The notes below the pieces were generated by a model. That model had not been told where the DNA came from. It made no database searches and saw nothing but the letters and a program-made list of their open reading frames with translations. Source: Candidatus Cloacimonadales bacterium (GTDB lineage Bacteria; Cloacimonadota; Cloacimonadia; Cloacimonadales; JAIOQZ01). Taken from it: a stretch of DNA of 64,000 bases. Each line of letters opens with the position of its first letter. Position 1 is the stretch's first letter. The DNA is taken from positions 3,168,001-3,232,000 of the forward strand of contig OY762463.1 of assembly GCA_963665815.1 (NCBI GenBank), given 5' to 3'. The translations under genes and the position numbers were made by a program. Positions 1 to 9,595 of this stretch are shown here, one piece after another.

Positions 1-5
1 GGACA

Positions 6-458
6 GTGGATGATGAGTCTTATGTCGATAATTCCCTTAATGAAGTCAATATTGGACAGGAGCTATTCTACTATATTGAAATAGTTGATGAACACAGACA
101 GTTTTCGATATCAGATACAGTATCTTATAAACTTGTTGGTAAAGCCTTGTTGAACAGCCCTGAAAATCAGGTCACGATAAATGGGAGTGACGTAATCAAT
201 TTTGTATGGACAAGAATACCAAGTGGTTTAGTTGTAAAGTACAGGCTTTTGATTTTTAACGAGAATGATGAAATAGTATGGTCCTACGATGAGTATGATA
301 TAGATCCGAGTGAATATGACCTGGAAGTGTTGTATAACATTCCTGACGATCTGGAAACAGGTACTTATTACTGGAGAGTTGATGCGTTTGGGAATGATAT
401 TCTTGTAAACTCAGGATCTGAATCAGCTCTGAATATGTTCTATTATATAAAAAACTGA
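6..458 (+). CDS. Hypothetical exported beta-rich (Fn3-like) protein, probably 5'-truncated by the window edge
   Basis: Frame is open to the window start; GTYYWRVDAF motif is typical of Fn3-like domains. Confidence 0.6.
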   Translation: MDDESYVDNSLNEVNIGQELFYYIEIVDEHRQFSISDTVSYKLVGKALLNSPENQVTINGSDVINFVWTRIPSGLVVKYRLLIFNENDEIVWSYDEYDIDPSEYDLEVLYNIPDDLETGTYYWRVDAFGNDILVNSGSESALNMFYYIKN

Positions 459-499
459 TTTAACTAATAAAATAAAAAAAATGACATAAAGGGGAGAAA

Positions 500-982
500 G
501 TGAAGAAAATAATATTAGCTTTATTGATTCTAAGTTTTTGCTTAAGTATTATTGCAGAAGAATCCGTCAGTTTTCAATCTGCAAGCAATACATCCGCTTA
601 TTTTTATTCAGGATCAATATCAGACTCCGAAAGGCTTAAGATATACACTTACGTCTGGGGTCAGGTAGAGAAAACAGGACTGTATATCGTTCCAGATAAC
701 ACCGATCTGCTGGCATTAATATCTCTTGCCGGTGGTCCGACTGAAAATGCAAAGCTGGCAAACGTAAGAATAGTAAGACCTACTGCTGATGGAAGTAAGG
801 TTATTTTTGTTGATTTAAAAAAGTACATTGAATCCGGGGATGAAGATCTTATTCCTGTATTGAAACCAGGAGATACGGTTATTGTTGCGGGTTCAATATA
901 TTACGCATTCTTCCGGGTTGCAGATTTCATGTCAAAAGTAGCAATTGTTGTAAGTGTTATAGCAGCAATAAATAACATGTAA
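500..982 (+). CDS. SLBB-domain polysaccharide export protein (Wza-like)
   Basis: Signal peptide; VWGQVEKTGLY..LLALISLAGG and LKPGDTVIV SLBB motifs; directly upstream of wzc. Confidence 0.8.
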   Translation: MKKIILALLILSFCLSIIAEESVSFQSASNTSAYFYSGSISDSERLKIYTYVWGQVEKTGLYIVPDNTDLLALISLAGGPTENAKLANVRIVRPTADGSKVIFVDLKKYIESGDEDLIPVLKPGDTVIVAGSIYYAFFRVADFMSKVAIVVSVIAAINNM

Positions 983-993
983 CAGAGGAAAGT

Positions 994-3270
994 ATGGATA
1001 ATTTTGAAAAACATAATAATGATACTGAATTAAATCTCTCCGAATATATACGAATTATACTGCAATTCAAGTGGATTGTAATTCTGATATTTCTGACTAT
1101 TGTTTCAGGTGCTCTGATTTATACAATCAGATCACCTAAAGTATATCAAGCACATGCAAAAATTCTTCTCGAAGATAGGAAGGATATTGAGCTGTTCATG
1201 CCAACAGCAGGTATATCAGAGAATACATTGAATAATCAAATTGAAATCCTGAGAAGTAGACCTGTAATGGAGCTGGCTTATATTATTTTAAAAAAAGATG
1301 TTGAGTTTGATTCTTATCCGATAGCAGCATCAGCTAATCCTGTATCAAGAATACAAAGGATGATCGGTGTTGATAACAAAAATAGGACTGATATTCTGAT
1401 TGTTTCTTGTGAATCAACTGATCCCAGAGAGGCAACAAGTATAGCAAATGCTGCTGCTCAATCTCTCATACAATTGAACACATCATATGCCAGAACAGAA
1501 TTAACTGCTACGAGAAGATTTCTTGAGGACACTGTTGCATCAATGAATAGAAGACTGCGTAACTCAGAAGAGGATCTGAGGAACTATAAGCTTCTTCATG
1601 GGATCTCTCTTCTCTCAGAAGAAACAAAGAAACTTATTGAACAGGCATCTGATCTTGAGGCACTGCTAAAATCAGCCGAAACTGAGCTTGCTATTGCTGA
1701 TGAGAGATTAGATTATCTTGAATCTGAACTTGGTAAACAGGATTCTCTTTTACTTAATGTAAGTTCTGTACTATCATCTCCTCTGATGGAGCAAATGAGG
1801 ATGAGTTTAGTTGAATCACAAAGTCGCTATGCAAGACTGTTAGCAAAGAACGCTTACTCTGAAGATCATCCAGAGCTTATAGAGCTTCATGGTGAAATTG
1901 AAAATACCAAGCAAAAGCTTAATGAGGAAATTAAAAGAGCTGTAGCAATCAGAGCAGGATCCTCAGACCCTCTTAAATATAGATCAACAATTATTGAAAA
2001 TATTGCCTTGGCGAGGATTGATCAGAATGTTGCTCAATCAAAAGTGTTAAGTTTAAAGAACTCAGTTGAGGATTACGAACAGAAAATGAATCTTCTTCCT
2101 GATACTGAGCTCGAACTGGCAAGATTAGAGCGTAATTATCAAATGAATGCAAAGATATATGAAATGCATGTTGAACAATATGAATCTGCAAAGATAGCTG
2201 AACAAGGTAAAATGGGTAATATTCGTATGATTGAAGAAGCATCCAGACCTTTTTCTCCTATTAAACCACGAAAAACTATCAATATGATTGTTGGTGTTTT
2301 ACTTGGTTTGTTTGCAGGAATAAGTGTTGCATTTGTAATTCATTCACTTGATACTAAACTCAGAACACTCGATGATATGGAAAACTATGTAAAAATACCA
2401 ATTATCGGAACAATTCCATTCATACACGTATCAGAAACCGATATTGACGATTTGGATAAAATGATAGAAAAAGCAGAAGGTGAAGAGCGAAAACAGTTGA
2501 TGAGTTCACAATACAATATGATTGCTCGTCTTATTACGCATTATGCTCCGAAATCACCTGTTGCTGAAGCATACAGAACTCTTAGAACAAACATTGTTAC
2601 TAAGAAGAACGTTGGTGGTGGTCTGACAATACTTATTACAAGTTCCGGACCCAAGGAAGGTAAGTCTACAACTAATGCAAATCTTTCCATAACATTGGCA
2701 CAAATGGACTCTAAAGTAGTAATCATTGATTTTGACTTGAGACGCCCAATGATTCATAATCTTTTCAATTGTGATAAGGAAAGAGGATCAAGTGATTTCC
2801 TCAGTAACGCAGATACTAAAGTTGAAGATATCGTAAAACCAACACAGGTTAAGAATCTTGACATTATTACAAGTGGTTTTGTACCACCGAACCCATCTGA
2901 GATTATCTCATCATACAGACTGGATGAGATGCTTAACCAGTTAAGAAGGATTTATGACTTCATTATCATTGACTCTCCTCCAATAATTGCTGTGACAGAT
3001 GCATTGATAATTGCTAACAAGGTTGACCTTATGGCACTTGTTGTAAGAATTGGTGTAACTGACAGGGAGATTATCAAACGAACAAAAGAAATTCTCTCCA
3101 ATGTGAATGTAGAAATTACCGGAGTCATAGTTAATGGTATAGAAGTTCAGAAATACTATAGTGGTTATGGTTATTATTATTATTACTACTATTATTATTA
3201 CTACTATGGAGATAGAAATCAAAAAGAATTGCCAAGTAAAGGCGTACGCAAAAATAAACAGCTTTCTTAA
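994..3270 (+). CDS. wzc: Polysaccharide co-polymerase / BY-kinase (Wzc family)
   Basis: Two TM segments around a coiled coil; Walker A GPKEGKST, DFDLRRP, IIIDSPP; C-terminal Tyr cluster. Confidence 0.93.
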   Translation: MDNFEKHNNDTELNLSEYIRIILQFKWIVILIFLTIVSGALIYTIRSPKVYQAHAKILLEDRKDIELFMPTAGISENTLNNQIEILRSRPVMELAYIILKKDVEFDSYPIAASANPVSRIQRMIGVDNKNRTDILIVSCESTDPREATSIANAAAQSLIQLNTSYARTELTATRRFLEDTVASMNRRLRNSEEDLRNYKLLHGISLLSEETKKLIEQASDLEALLKSAETELAIADERLDYLESELGKQDSLLLNVSSVLSSPLMEQMRMSLVESQSRYARLLAKNAYSEDHPELIELHGEIENTKQKLNEEIKRAVAIRAGSSDPLKYRSTIIENIALARIDQNVAQSKVLSLKNSVEDYEQKMNLLPDTELELARLERNYQMNAKIYEMHVEQYESAKIAEQGKMGNIRMIEEASRPFSPIKPRKTINMIVGVLLGLFAGISVAFVIHSLDTKLRTLDDMENYVKIPIIGTIPFIHVSETDIDDLDKMIEKAEGEERKQLMSSQYNMIARLITHYAPKSPVAEAYRTLRTNIVTKKNVGGGLTILITSSGPKEGKSTTNANLSITLAQMDSKVVIIDFDLRRPMIHNLFNCDKERGSSDFLSNADTKVEDIVKPTQVKNLDIITSGFVPPNPSEIISSYRLDEMLNQLRRIYDFIIIDSPPIIAVTDALIIANKVDLMALVVRIGVTDREIIKRTKEILSNVNVEITGVIVNGIEVQKYYSGYGYYYYYYYYYYYYGDRNQKELPSKGVRKNKQLS

Positions 3271-4051
3271 AGTCAAAGGCAGGCGAAATGATGGATTTCA
3301 CGAAATTGAAACAGTATTTCATGAGATTGATCTGCACGATAAATTAAATTTTGCTTTGACAAAGAATTGCAATATAAGGATTTTGTCCAACATAGAAAAC
3401 TTGGAAAGCAAGGATAACCTTGTTTTCCGAGTTTCGTTCTTTATGCAAAAAAAGTATAGAGTGGAAAGCGGATTAGAAATATATCTGGAAAAAAAAATAC
3501 CCATCGCAGCCGGTCTCGGAGGTGGAAGTAGTGATGCTGCTTCTACTATTATTACTTTGTCGCAATTATGGGACTTGAACCTTTGTGATGAAGAAATGAA
3601 CGAAATTGCGGCTGAATTCGGTAGTGATGTGAATTTCTTTCTTAAGGGAAATACAGCTGTCGGAACAGGTCGTGGAGAGAACATAAGCGAAATTCCTTAT
3701 TGGGATATAGATAACATTCTGCTGATTAATCCAAACTTTCACGTATCGAGCGGGGAAGCGTACAAGGGTTTTAAGCAAACCGTAATGGATTATACTGCAG
3801 ATGAATATGTAAACAGAAAAGATGTGTCACTGGCTTGTAATGATCTTGAACCGTTTATTGCCGGGAAGTTCCCGAAAGTAAAATCAATAATTGATTATTG
3901 CAGGAATAATGGTGCATTTTCAATACTATCTGGAAGTGGTCCGACTGTTATCTGCTTTTGCAGAAATGCAGGACAGGCTATGGAATTTATTGACTACTTT
4001 AAAAGCTCAGGTTATTGGACATACCTTACAAAAACTATAAAACGGATGTAA
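3206..4051 (+). CDS. ispE: 4-diphosphocytidyl-2-C-methyl-D-erythritol kinase
   Basis: AKIN, GFHEIETVF, KKIPIAAGLGGGSSDAA, LSGSGPT motifs; start moved to ATG 3206, overlapping wzc by 65 nt. Confidence 0.93.
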   Translation: MEIEIKKNCQVKAYAKINSFLKVKGRRNDGFHEIETVFHEIDLHDKLNFALTKNCNIRILSNIENLESKDNLVFRVSFFMQKKYRVESGLEIYLEKKIPIAAGLGGGSSDAASTIITLSQLWDLNLCDEEMNEIAAEFGSDVNFFLKGNTAVGTGRGENISEIPYWDIDNILLINPNFHVSSGEAYKGFKQTVMDYTADEYVNRKDVSLACNDLEPFIAGKFPKVKSIIDYCRNNGAFSILSGSGPTVICFCRNAGQAMEFIDYFKSSGYWTYLTKTIKRM

Positions 4052-4052
4052 A

Positions 4053-4994
4053 ATGTTTTCAAGAATGAAAATTTTTTCAGGAAACTCAAACATAGAGTTA
4101 GCGAAAGAAGTAGCTAACTTCGCCGGTATTCCTCTTGGGGATGCGGATGTATTTAAATTTTCCAATGATGACAGTTTTGTGAAGATAAATGAGAATGTTC
4201 GTGGAGCAGATATTTTCATAATTCAGTCAACATGTATGCCTACAAATGATAATTTAATGGAGCTCCTTATCATGATTGATGCTTTTAAAAGGGCATCAGC
4301 TCAACGCATTAACTGTATAATTCCTTATTATGGTTATGCAAGATCGGATAAGAAAGATCAGCCAAGAGTGCCTATTACAGCTAAACTCGTTGCCGATCTG
4401 CTTGAAACTGCCGGAGCAGACAGAGTAATATCTGTAGATCTTCATGCAGAGCAGATTCAGGGTTTCTTTAATATTCCTGTAGATCATCTGATTTCGACTC
4501 CAATATTTGCCCGTCATATTAAGTCAAACATAGACAATGACGATGTTGTTGTTGTATCTCCTGATTCCGGAGGCGCAAACAGAGCACGTGAGTTGGCAAA
4601 GAGATTGAGGACAGGTTTAGCAATAGGTGATAAAAGACGTGTTGACAATAATGATAACGCTGAGATTCTTAATATCATCGGTGAAGTTGAAGGAAAAGTA
4701 GCGATTTTGTTCGATGATATTATTGATACAGGTGGTTCTCTCACTAAAATTGCTCAGGGATTGAAAGATCATGGAGCAAAGAAAGTATATGCTGCCTGTG
4801 TTCATGGTGTATTATCCGGAAACGCAGTGGAAAAGATAGATAATTCACCTATAGAAAAATTATTTATAACAAACACAGTTCCGCTTGGAGAGAAAAAAAG
4901 TGACAAGATTGTCCAGCTTTCCATTGCAGAACTGTTGGCTATTGCCGTTAAAAAGATTCATATCGAAGAGTCGATTAGTATATTATTCAGGTAG
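4053..4994 (+). CDS. prs: Ribose-phosphate pyrophosphokinase
   Basis: IPYYGYARSDKK, DLHAEQIQGFF, DDIIDTGGS. Confidence 0.97.
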   Translation: MFSRMKIFSGNSNIELAKEVANFAGIPLGDADVFKFSNDDSFVKINENVRGADIFIIQSTCMPTNDNLMELLIMIDAFKRASAQRINCIIPYYGYARSDKKDQPRVPITAKLVADLLETAGADRVISVDLHAEQIQGFFNIPVDHLISTPIFARHIKSNIDNDDVVVVSPDSGGANRARELAKRLRTGLAIGDKRRVDNNDNAEILNIIGEVEGKVAILFDDIIDTGGSLTKIAQGLKDHGAKKVYAACVHGVLSGNAVEKIDNSPIEKLFITNTVPLGEKKSDKIVQLSIAELLAIAVKKIHIEESISILFR

Positions 4995-5038
4995 AGCTTA
5001 TATAGCTCAAAGACAAAGTTAATTTAGTGGAGGAATGA

Positions 5039-5647
5039 ATGAATTTGAATTTGAATGCTGAAGTACGTGAACTTGGTACTAAAGCTGAAATGAACACTGC
5101 ACGTAAAGAGGGAAGAATCCCTGCGGTAATATATGGACAGGGAAATCCTGGTAAAAAAGTATTTATCGCTGAAAACGAATTTACGAAGCAGTTCAAAAAG
5201 AGCTTTGGACATGTTACGTTCTTTAATATTACTGTAGATGGTAAAGAGATTAAGACCATCATTAAGGATAAGCAAATTCATCCTGTATCAAGAAAAGTTC
5301 TTCATGTTGATTTTATGGAACTTCATGAAGGAACTGAAATCAGTCTTGATATACCAATTGTTCTTAATGGATCACCTGTAGGCGTAAAAGCAGGTGGAGT
5401 CATGGAAAATGGTATAAGAAGACTTCATGTATATAGTTTACCAATGCATATCAAAGAAGATATTCAGGTAGATATGTCACATTTGAAAATTGGTGACAGT
5501 ATTCATGTTGAAGATCTTGATCTTGGTGAAATGAAAACAAGAACAGCCGGTAGAGTTCTGGTTGTATCAGTACACGCTGTCAGAGGTGCTAAGTCTGCTG
5601 ACGAAGAAGATGAAGAAGAAGAAGAAGCTGTAGCTTCCGAAGAATAA
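5039..5647 (+). CDS. rplY: 50S ribosomal protein L25/Ctc
   Basis: GRIPAVIYG, QIHPVSRKVLHVDF; prs-rplY-pth synteny. Confidence 0.95.
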   Translation: MNLNLNAEVRELGTKAEMNTARKEGRIPAVIYGQGNPGKKVFIAENEFTKQFKKSFGHVTFFNITVDGKEIKTIIKDKQIHPVSRKVLHVDFMELHEGTEISLDIPIVLNGSPVGVKAGGVMENGIRRLHVYSLPMHIKEDIQVDMSHLKIGDSIHVEDLDLGEMKTRTAGRVLVVSVHAVRGAKSADEEDEEEEEAVASEE

Positions 5648-6276
5648 TGAAACTAATCGCAGGTCTGGGAAATCCGGGAAAGCACTATATCAGAAGCAGA
5701 CATAATATTGGTTTTATGCTGCTTGACAAAATTGCTGAAAGCAATGATAAAAGCTATACAGTTGCTGATGGTTATTCATACTTTATCTTAAATGATAATT
5801 ATTATGTAAAGCCTGAACTGTATATGAATAGAAGTGGAATTGTCATCCGTGAATTGATTGATAATATTGAATTTGATGATTTATTTATTATCGTGGATGA
5901 TATAAACCTGGATGTCGGAAAACTCAGATTCAGGCTCAAAGGCGGTGATGGCGGACATAACGGATTAAAATCCATTATTGAAAATGTCGGTCACAAAAAC
6001 TGGAAGAGACTGAGAATCGGAGTTGGCATGCCTGCAAAAGAAAACTTAAGTGATTTTGTTCTCGCTGATTTTTCCGAGGAAGAATTTAAGATTCTCGAAG
6101 AATTACTTGAACTATCGCAAAAATTTATTGAAATATACTGTAAAGACTCTTTTCAAAAAGCGCTGGATTTTGTAAGTAAAATTAAAAGTAAAACTGAAAA
6201 AGAAACTCAAAATCCTACTATTCTGGGAGAACCAGAATCATTAAGTCCAAAGGAGGAACCACTTGAAAAAGTATGA
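5647..6276 (+). CDS. pth: Peptidyl-tRNA hydrolase
   Basis: GLGNPG..RHNIGF, YMNRSG, GGHNGLKS, RLRIGVG. Confidence 0.95.
   Translation: MKLIAGLGNPGKHYIRSRHNIGFMLLDKIAESNDKSYTVADGYSYFILNDNYYVKPELYMNRSGIVIRELIDNIEFDDLFIIVDDINLDVGKLRFRLKGGDGGHNGLKSIIENVGHKNWKRLRIGVGMPAKENLSDFVLADFSEEEFKILEELLELSQKFIEIYCKDSFQKALDFVSKIKSKTEKETQNPTILGEPESLSPKEEPLEKV
6211..6262 (+). ncRNA. Putative S6:S18 ribosomal protein leader (cis-regulatory RNA)
   Basis: TCCT (anti-SD), hairpin ATTCTGG-gagaa-CCAGAAT, then CCAA-AGGAGG immediately before the rpsF TTG start. Confidence 0.6.
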
Positions 6277-6544
6277 AAGCATGATCATAATTGATCCAGA
6301 TTTAACTGAAGAAGATGCAGTTAAAGAAAACCAGATTGTTCTCGATCTGATCACAAGCGAAGACGGTGAAATAACTGAAACAGAAAAATGGGGAAAACGT
6401 CGTTTAGCTTACGAAATTCAAAAGAAAAGAGAAGGATATTATTTCCTTAACTACTTCACTGTAAAAGCTGAAGGTTTACCTGAATTAGAAAGACATTATC
6501 GATTAAATGAAAAAATATTACGTTACAATATTTTGTCCATCTAA
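6263..6544 (+). CDS. rpsF: 30S ribosomal protein S6
   Basis: KYESMIIIDP, WGKRRLAYEI, EGYYFL; TTG start with AGGAGG SD. Confidence 0.96.
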   Translation: MKKYESMIIIDPDLTEEDAVKENQIVLDLITSEDGEITETEKWGKRRLAYEIQKKREGYYFLNYFTVKAEGLPELERHYRLNEKILRYNILSI

Positions 6545-6561
6545 CTAAGCACGGAGGAGAA

Positions 6562-7002
6562 ATGGCAAAGAATTTAAGATTCCCTAGAGTTAACACAGTA
6601 ACAATAACCGGAAGACTGACAAGAGATATTGAATTAAGATATACTGCAGGCGGCACACCAGTTGCCTCTTTGCCAATAGCTTTTGAAAGGGTGTACAAGG
6701 ATAATTCCGGAGAGTTTCAAAAATCATCATCCTATATGGATGTAGTTGTTTGGAGTAAAAGAGCAGAGGAATGCGCTGAATACCTTGCAAAAGGCAGTGC
6801 AGTTCTGGTTGAAGGTTATCTTCAGACAAGATCCTATGAAACCAAAGAAGGACAAAAAAGAAAACTTACTGAAATTGTAGCTAATAAAGTTCATTTTCTG
6901 GAATGGAATGATAATGACGGTTCAAGTTCAAGCAAAGACTCAAATTTTGATAGTCTTTCTAACATGGAACCGGAAGTTACTGATGATGATGTACCATTCT
7001 AG
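6562..7002 (+). CDS. ssb: Single-stranded DNA-binding protein
   Basis: GRLTRDIELRYT, VEGYLQTRSY, acidic DDDVPF tail. Confidence 0.97.
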   Translation: MAKNLRFPRVNTVTITGRLTRDIELRYTAGGTPVASLPIAFERVYKDNSGEFQKSSSYMDVVVWSKRAEECAEYLAKGSAVLVEGYLQTRSYETKEGQKRKLTEIVANKVHFLEWNDNDGSSSSKDSNFDSLSNMEPEVTDDDVPF

Positions 7003-7031
7003 AATGTATTAAGTCATAACAGGAGATAAAA

Positions 7032-7271
7032 ATGGCTAGATTTGATATGAAAAGAAAAAAAACATTTAAAAAGAAATTTTGCAAATTCTGTGCAAAAAAA
7101 GATTTAGAAATAAATTACAAAAATGTTGATCTGCTTCAGAAGTTTACTGCTGAATCAGGAAAAATTGAACCAACCAGAATCACTGGTACTTGCGCTAAGC
7201 ACCAGAGACAACTTGCCGGAGAAATTAAGAAAGCAAGACAAATGGCTTTACTGCCATACAAAGTTGATTAA
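7032..7271 (+). CDS. rpsR: 30S ribosomal protein S18 (Zn-binding C+ form)
   Basis: [33 protein letters not shown]. Confidence 0.97.
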   Translation: MARFDMKRKKTFKKKFCKFCAKKDLEINYKNVDLLQKFTAESGKIEPTRITGTCAKHQRQLAGEIKKARQMALLPYKVD

Positions 7272-7274
7272 TTA

Positions 7275-8138
7275 GTGTTTGCAAATATACACCCGATACT
7301 AGGTGCTCTACTGGGTACCAAAATCCCTGTACTGGGAACGATCTTTACAATAATCATAAGTGGTAAGTATCTGAAAGAAAATAAAGCAGATATACGAATC
7401 CTTACAATCGTAAGTGTTGTTACTCTCGCTGTTGCATACTTCACTGGTATTGCAACCCGACTTGATGCACTTACGGGTTTACTGAGCGTTACGTTGCTCT
7501 ATCCCGTTTATTTTACGATAATGAATCGGAAAGACTTCAAGTATGCAATGTATTCACAATATGGGATCACGATAATTATTCTGCTTGTTTTTCACAGTTA
7601 TATCAGAACAACAATACTTAATGGAATTAACGAACTTGTTGACGTACTGATGCAGACGGATCCGGAAGCATTACCGGATAATTTCGAGGATACACATAAA
7701 CTGATGGTCAGTCTGGTGCAGAATTACATTGTACCCGTACTTGGAGTAAATATTCTTTTTATGATGTATCTCGGATCAAGAATAGCGGTTAGGATGGGAA
7801 TTATCAGATGGGATCATCTGAATTTTCGAAATGCCTATAGTTTGATTTATCTTTTGATAGCTTCAATAGTGTTATTCTTGATGCAGCCGACCAGAATAAT
7901 TGGTTCGAATTTTGCAATAATTGTACTTGCTCTGTATTTTATTCAGGGTATATCAGTTCTTGAGTTCCGGTGGCAGAATCTGCTTAGAAGCAATGTTCTG
8001 GCAAAAGTATTTTTTGTACTGATTTTATTCAGTCCTTACACATGGATTATTATCTCGTTGATCGGGGTATTTGATACATGGTTAAATTCTAGAAAACTCG
8101 TAACTCGGAGGAAAAATGGAAATAATCTTAATGAATGA
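7275..8138 (+). CDS. YybS/DUF2232-family membrane protein
   Basis: Multi-TM; YFIQGISV and IGVFDTWLN motifs; located between rpsR and rplI. Confidence 0.75.
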   Translation: MFANIHPILGALLGTKIPVLGTIFTIIISGKYLKENKADIRILTIVSVVTLAVAYFTGIATRLDALTGLLSVTLLYPVYFTIMNRKDFKYAMYSQYGITIIILLVFHSYIRTTILNGINELVDVLMQTDPEALPDNFEDTHKLMVSLVQNYIVPVLGVNILFMMYLGSRIAVRMGIIRWDHLNFRNAYSLIYLLIASIVLFLMQPTRIIGSNFAIIVLALYFIQGISVLEFRWQNLLRSNVLAKVFFVLILFSPYTWIIISLIGVFDTWLNSRKLVTRRKNGNNLNE

Positions 8139-8667
8139 TATAAAAAAGCTCGGGCAGGCTGGTGATATAGTCAAAGTTGCTAATGGATTTGCTCGTAACT
8201 ATCTGCTTCCTCAAGGGCAGGCAATAATGGCTTCTGCTTCTAATAAGAAGAAGATAGAAGGTATTAAAACCGCAGCTGCTGCAGAAAGAGAAAAAGAACT
8301 TGCAGCAATGAAAGAAATTGCGGCTAAAATTAACAATATGGAAATCATTTTTGAAAGAAAAACAGATGAGAAAGGTCACCTTTTCGGTTCAGTTTCTGAA
8401 AATGATATTGTTGCAAAACTTGCTGAAGCTGATGTAACTGTACATAAATCTGCAATTGCTCTTGAAAAACACATTAAAGAAGTTGGCAATACAGATGTGA
8501 CAGTCAACTTTGCTGCAGATGTAACTGCTACTTTAAAAATTACAGTTAAAAGTGATTCTTTTGACGTAATCAAGAAAGAAGAAGTTGCTGAGGAACCTGT
8601 TCAGGAAGAAAACGTACAGGAAGAAGTTGAAGAAAAAGAAGAAATTATAGAAGAAGTAACCGAATAA
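8116..8667 (+). CDS. rplI: 50S ribosomal protein L9 with acidic C-terminal extension
   Basis: LGQAGDIVKVANGFARNYLLP, GHLFGSV. Confidence 0.97.
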   Translation: MEIILMNDIKKLGQAGDIVKVANGFARNYLLPQGQAIMASASNKKKIEGIKTAAAAEREKELAAMKEIAAKINNMEIIFERKTDEKGHLFGSVSENDIVAKLAEADVTVHKSAIALEKHIKEVGNTDVTVNFAADVTATLKITVKSDSFDVIKKEEVAEEPVQEENVQEEVEEKEEIIEEVTE

Positions 8668-8697
8668 ACAGCAGATTTCTGCTGTTTATTCCTTTTT
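8662..8697 (+). terminator. Rho-independent terminator after rplI
   Basis: 13-bp stem GAATAAACAGCAG/CTGCTGTTTATTC followed by CTTTTT. Confidence 0.75.
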
Positions 8698-8712
8698 AAT
8701 CAGGAGGTTATC

Positions 8713-9297
8713 TTGACAGCTGTAAAAAAAATAATTAATGTAATAGGCTGGTTAGTATTATTGTTCTGTTTTGCTGCAATCGGATTTGGAACAGCTAACC
8801 CTAAATTGATGGTACCCGTATATTTTGTTGTATTTGCAGTAATTTTTGGGCTTGTTCTGCTTTATGTGAAAAACCATAAAACACTTGCTCAGGAGAATCC
8901 TGTAAGAGCATTGATTTATAGAAGAGTTCTAGGTGGAATACTGTTGCTTATAAGTATTCTGGCTCCTCGAAAAGTTATCAGTATGATTGATACCGAATAC
9001 TTCGCAGGAACTTTTGACCTGATGGGAATTCTATTCATAATCGGAGCTGCTGTTGTGATAGCTGCCGGTGCTTTTGCTGTTAAAATGATCAACAAAATGT
9101 ATGAAGGTAATCTTGTTTCAGGAATTATCGGTTATCTGATTGTTATAGCCTTATCAACTGTACCTGCATTAGTAATGGTTAACTTTGATACAAGTTATGA
9201 ATCACTTGGACTTGCTTACTATACAGCTATTATTATGGCTGGTGTCTCCTGGTGGGGATTAAGCATTATCTTCAAGGATGAACATACATTAGGTTAA
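8713..9297 (+). CDS. Hypothetical integral membrane protein (about 6 TM)
   Basis: Hydrophobic segments; AGGAGG SD before TTG start. Confidence 0.75.
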   Translation: MTAVKKIINVIGWLVLLFCFAAIGFGTANPKLMVPVYFVVFAVIFGLVLLYVKNHKTLAQENPVRALIYRRVLGGILLLISILAPRKVISMIDTEYFAGTFDLMGILFIIGAAVVIAAGAFAVKMINKMYEGNLVSGIIGYLIVIALSTVPALVMVNFDTSYESLGLAYYTAIIMAGVSWWGLSIIFKDEHTLG

Positions 9298-9298
9298 A

Positions 9299-9595
9299 AT
9301 GCTGAAAAAAACATCTTCTTCGGCAATTGCAGATTTGATAATCAGGATTTGCGGAGAAGAAAACCGAGACCTTATTCAGCTTAATATGAACTGGAAGAAA
9401 ATAGTTGGTAAAATTATTGCTGAAAAGTCTTATGTACATAAATACGAGAATGAACGTGTTCTTGTTGCTGTGCAGAACAGTGTCTGGCTTAACGAATTAA
9501 TGTTAAAAAAGACATTCCTGATTAATGAAATCAAAGAAAAACTGCATATGAATGTTAAGGATATGTATTTTTTCATAAAAGCAGAAAAAATATGA
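9299..9595 (+). CDS. dciA: DUF721/DciA-family helicase loader
   Basis: WKKIVG..IA, VLVAVQNSVWLNELML pattern; about 100 aa. Confidence 0.7.
   Translation: MLKKTSSSAIADLIIRICGEENRDLIQLNMNWKKIVGKIIAEKSYVHKYENERVLVAVQNSVWLNELMLKKTFLINEIKEKLHMNVKDMYFFIKAEKI

Noticed and set aside
3161-3205. ORF-track N-terminal extension of IspE (MVMVIIIITTIIITT)
   Set aside because: It is the shifted reading of the Wzc Tyr tract; ATG 3206 gives a normal IspE N-terminus.
4045-4060. tRNA-Gln often found between ispE and prs
   Set aside because: Only 1 nt separates the two genes; no tRNA-like sequence was seen in the window.
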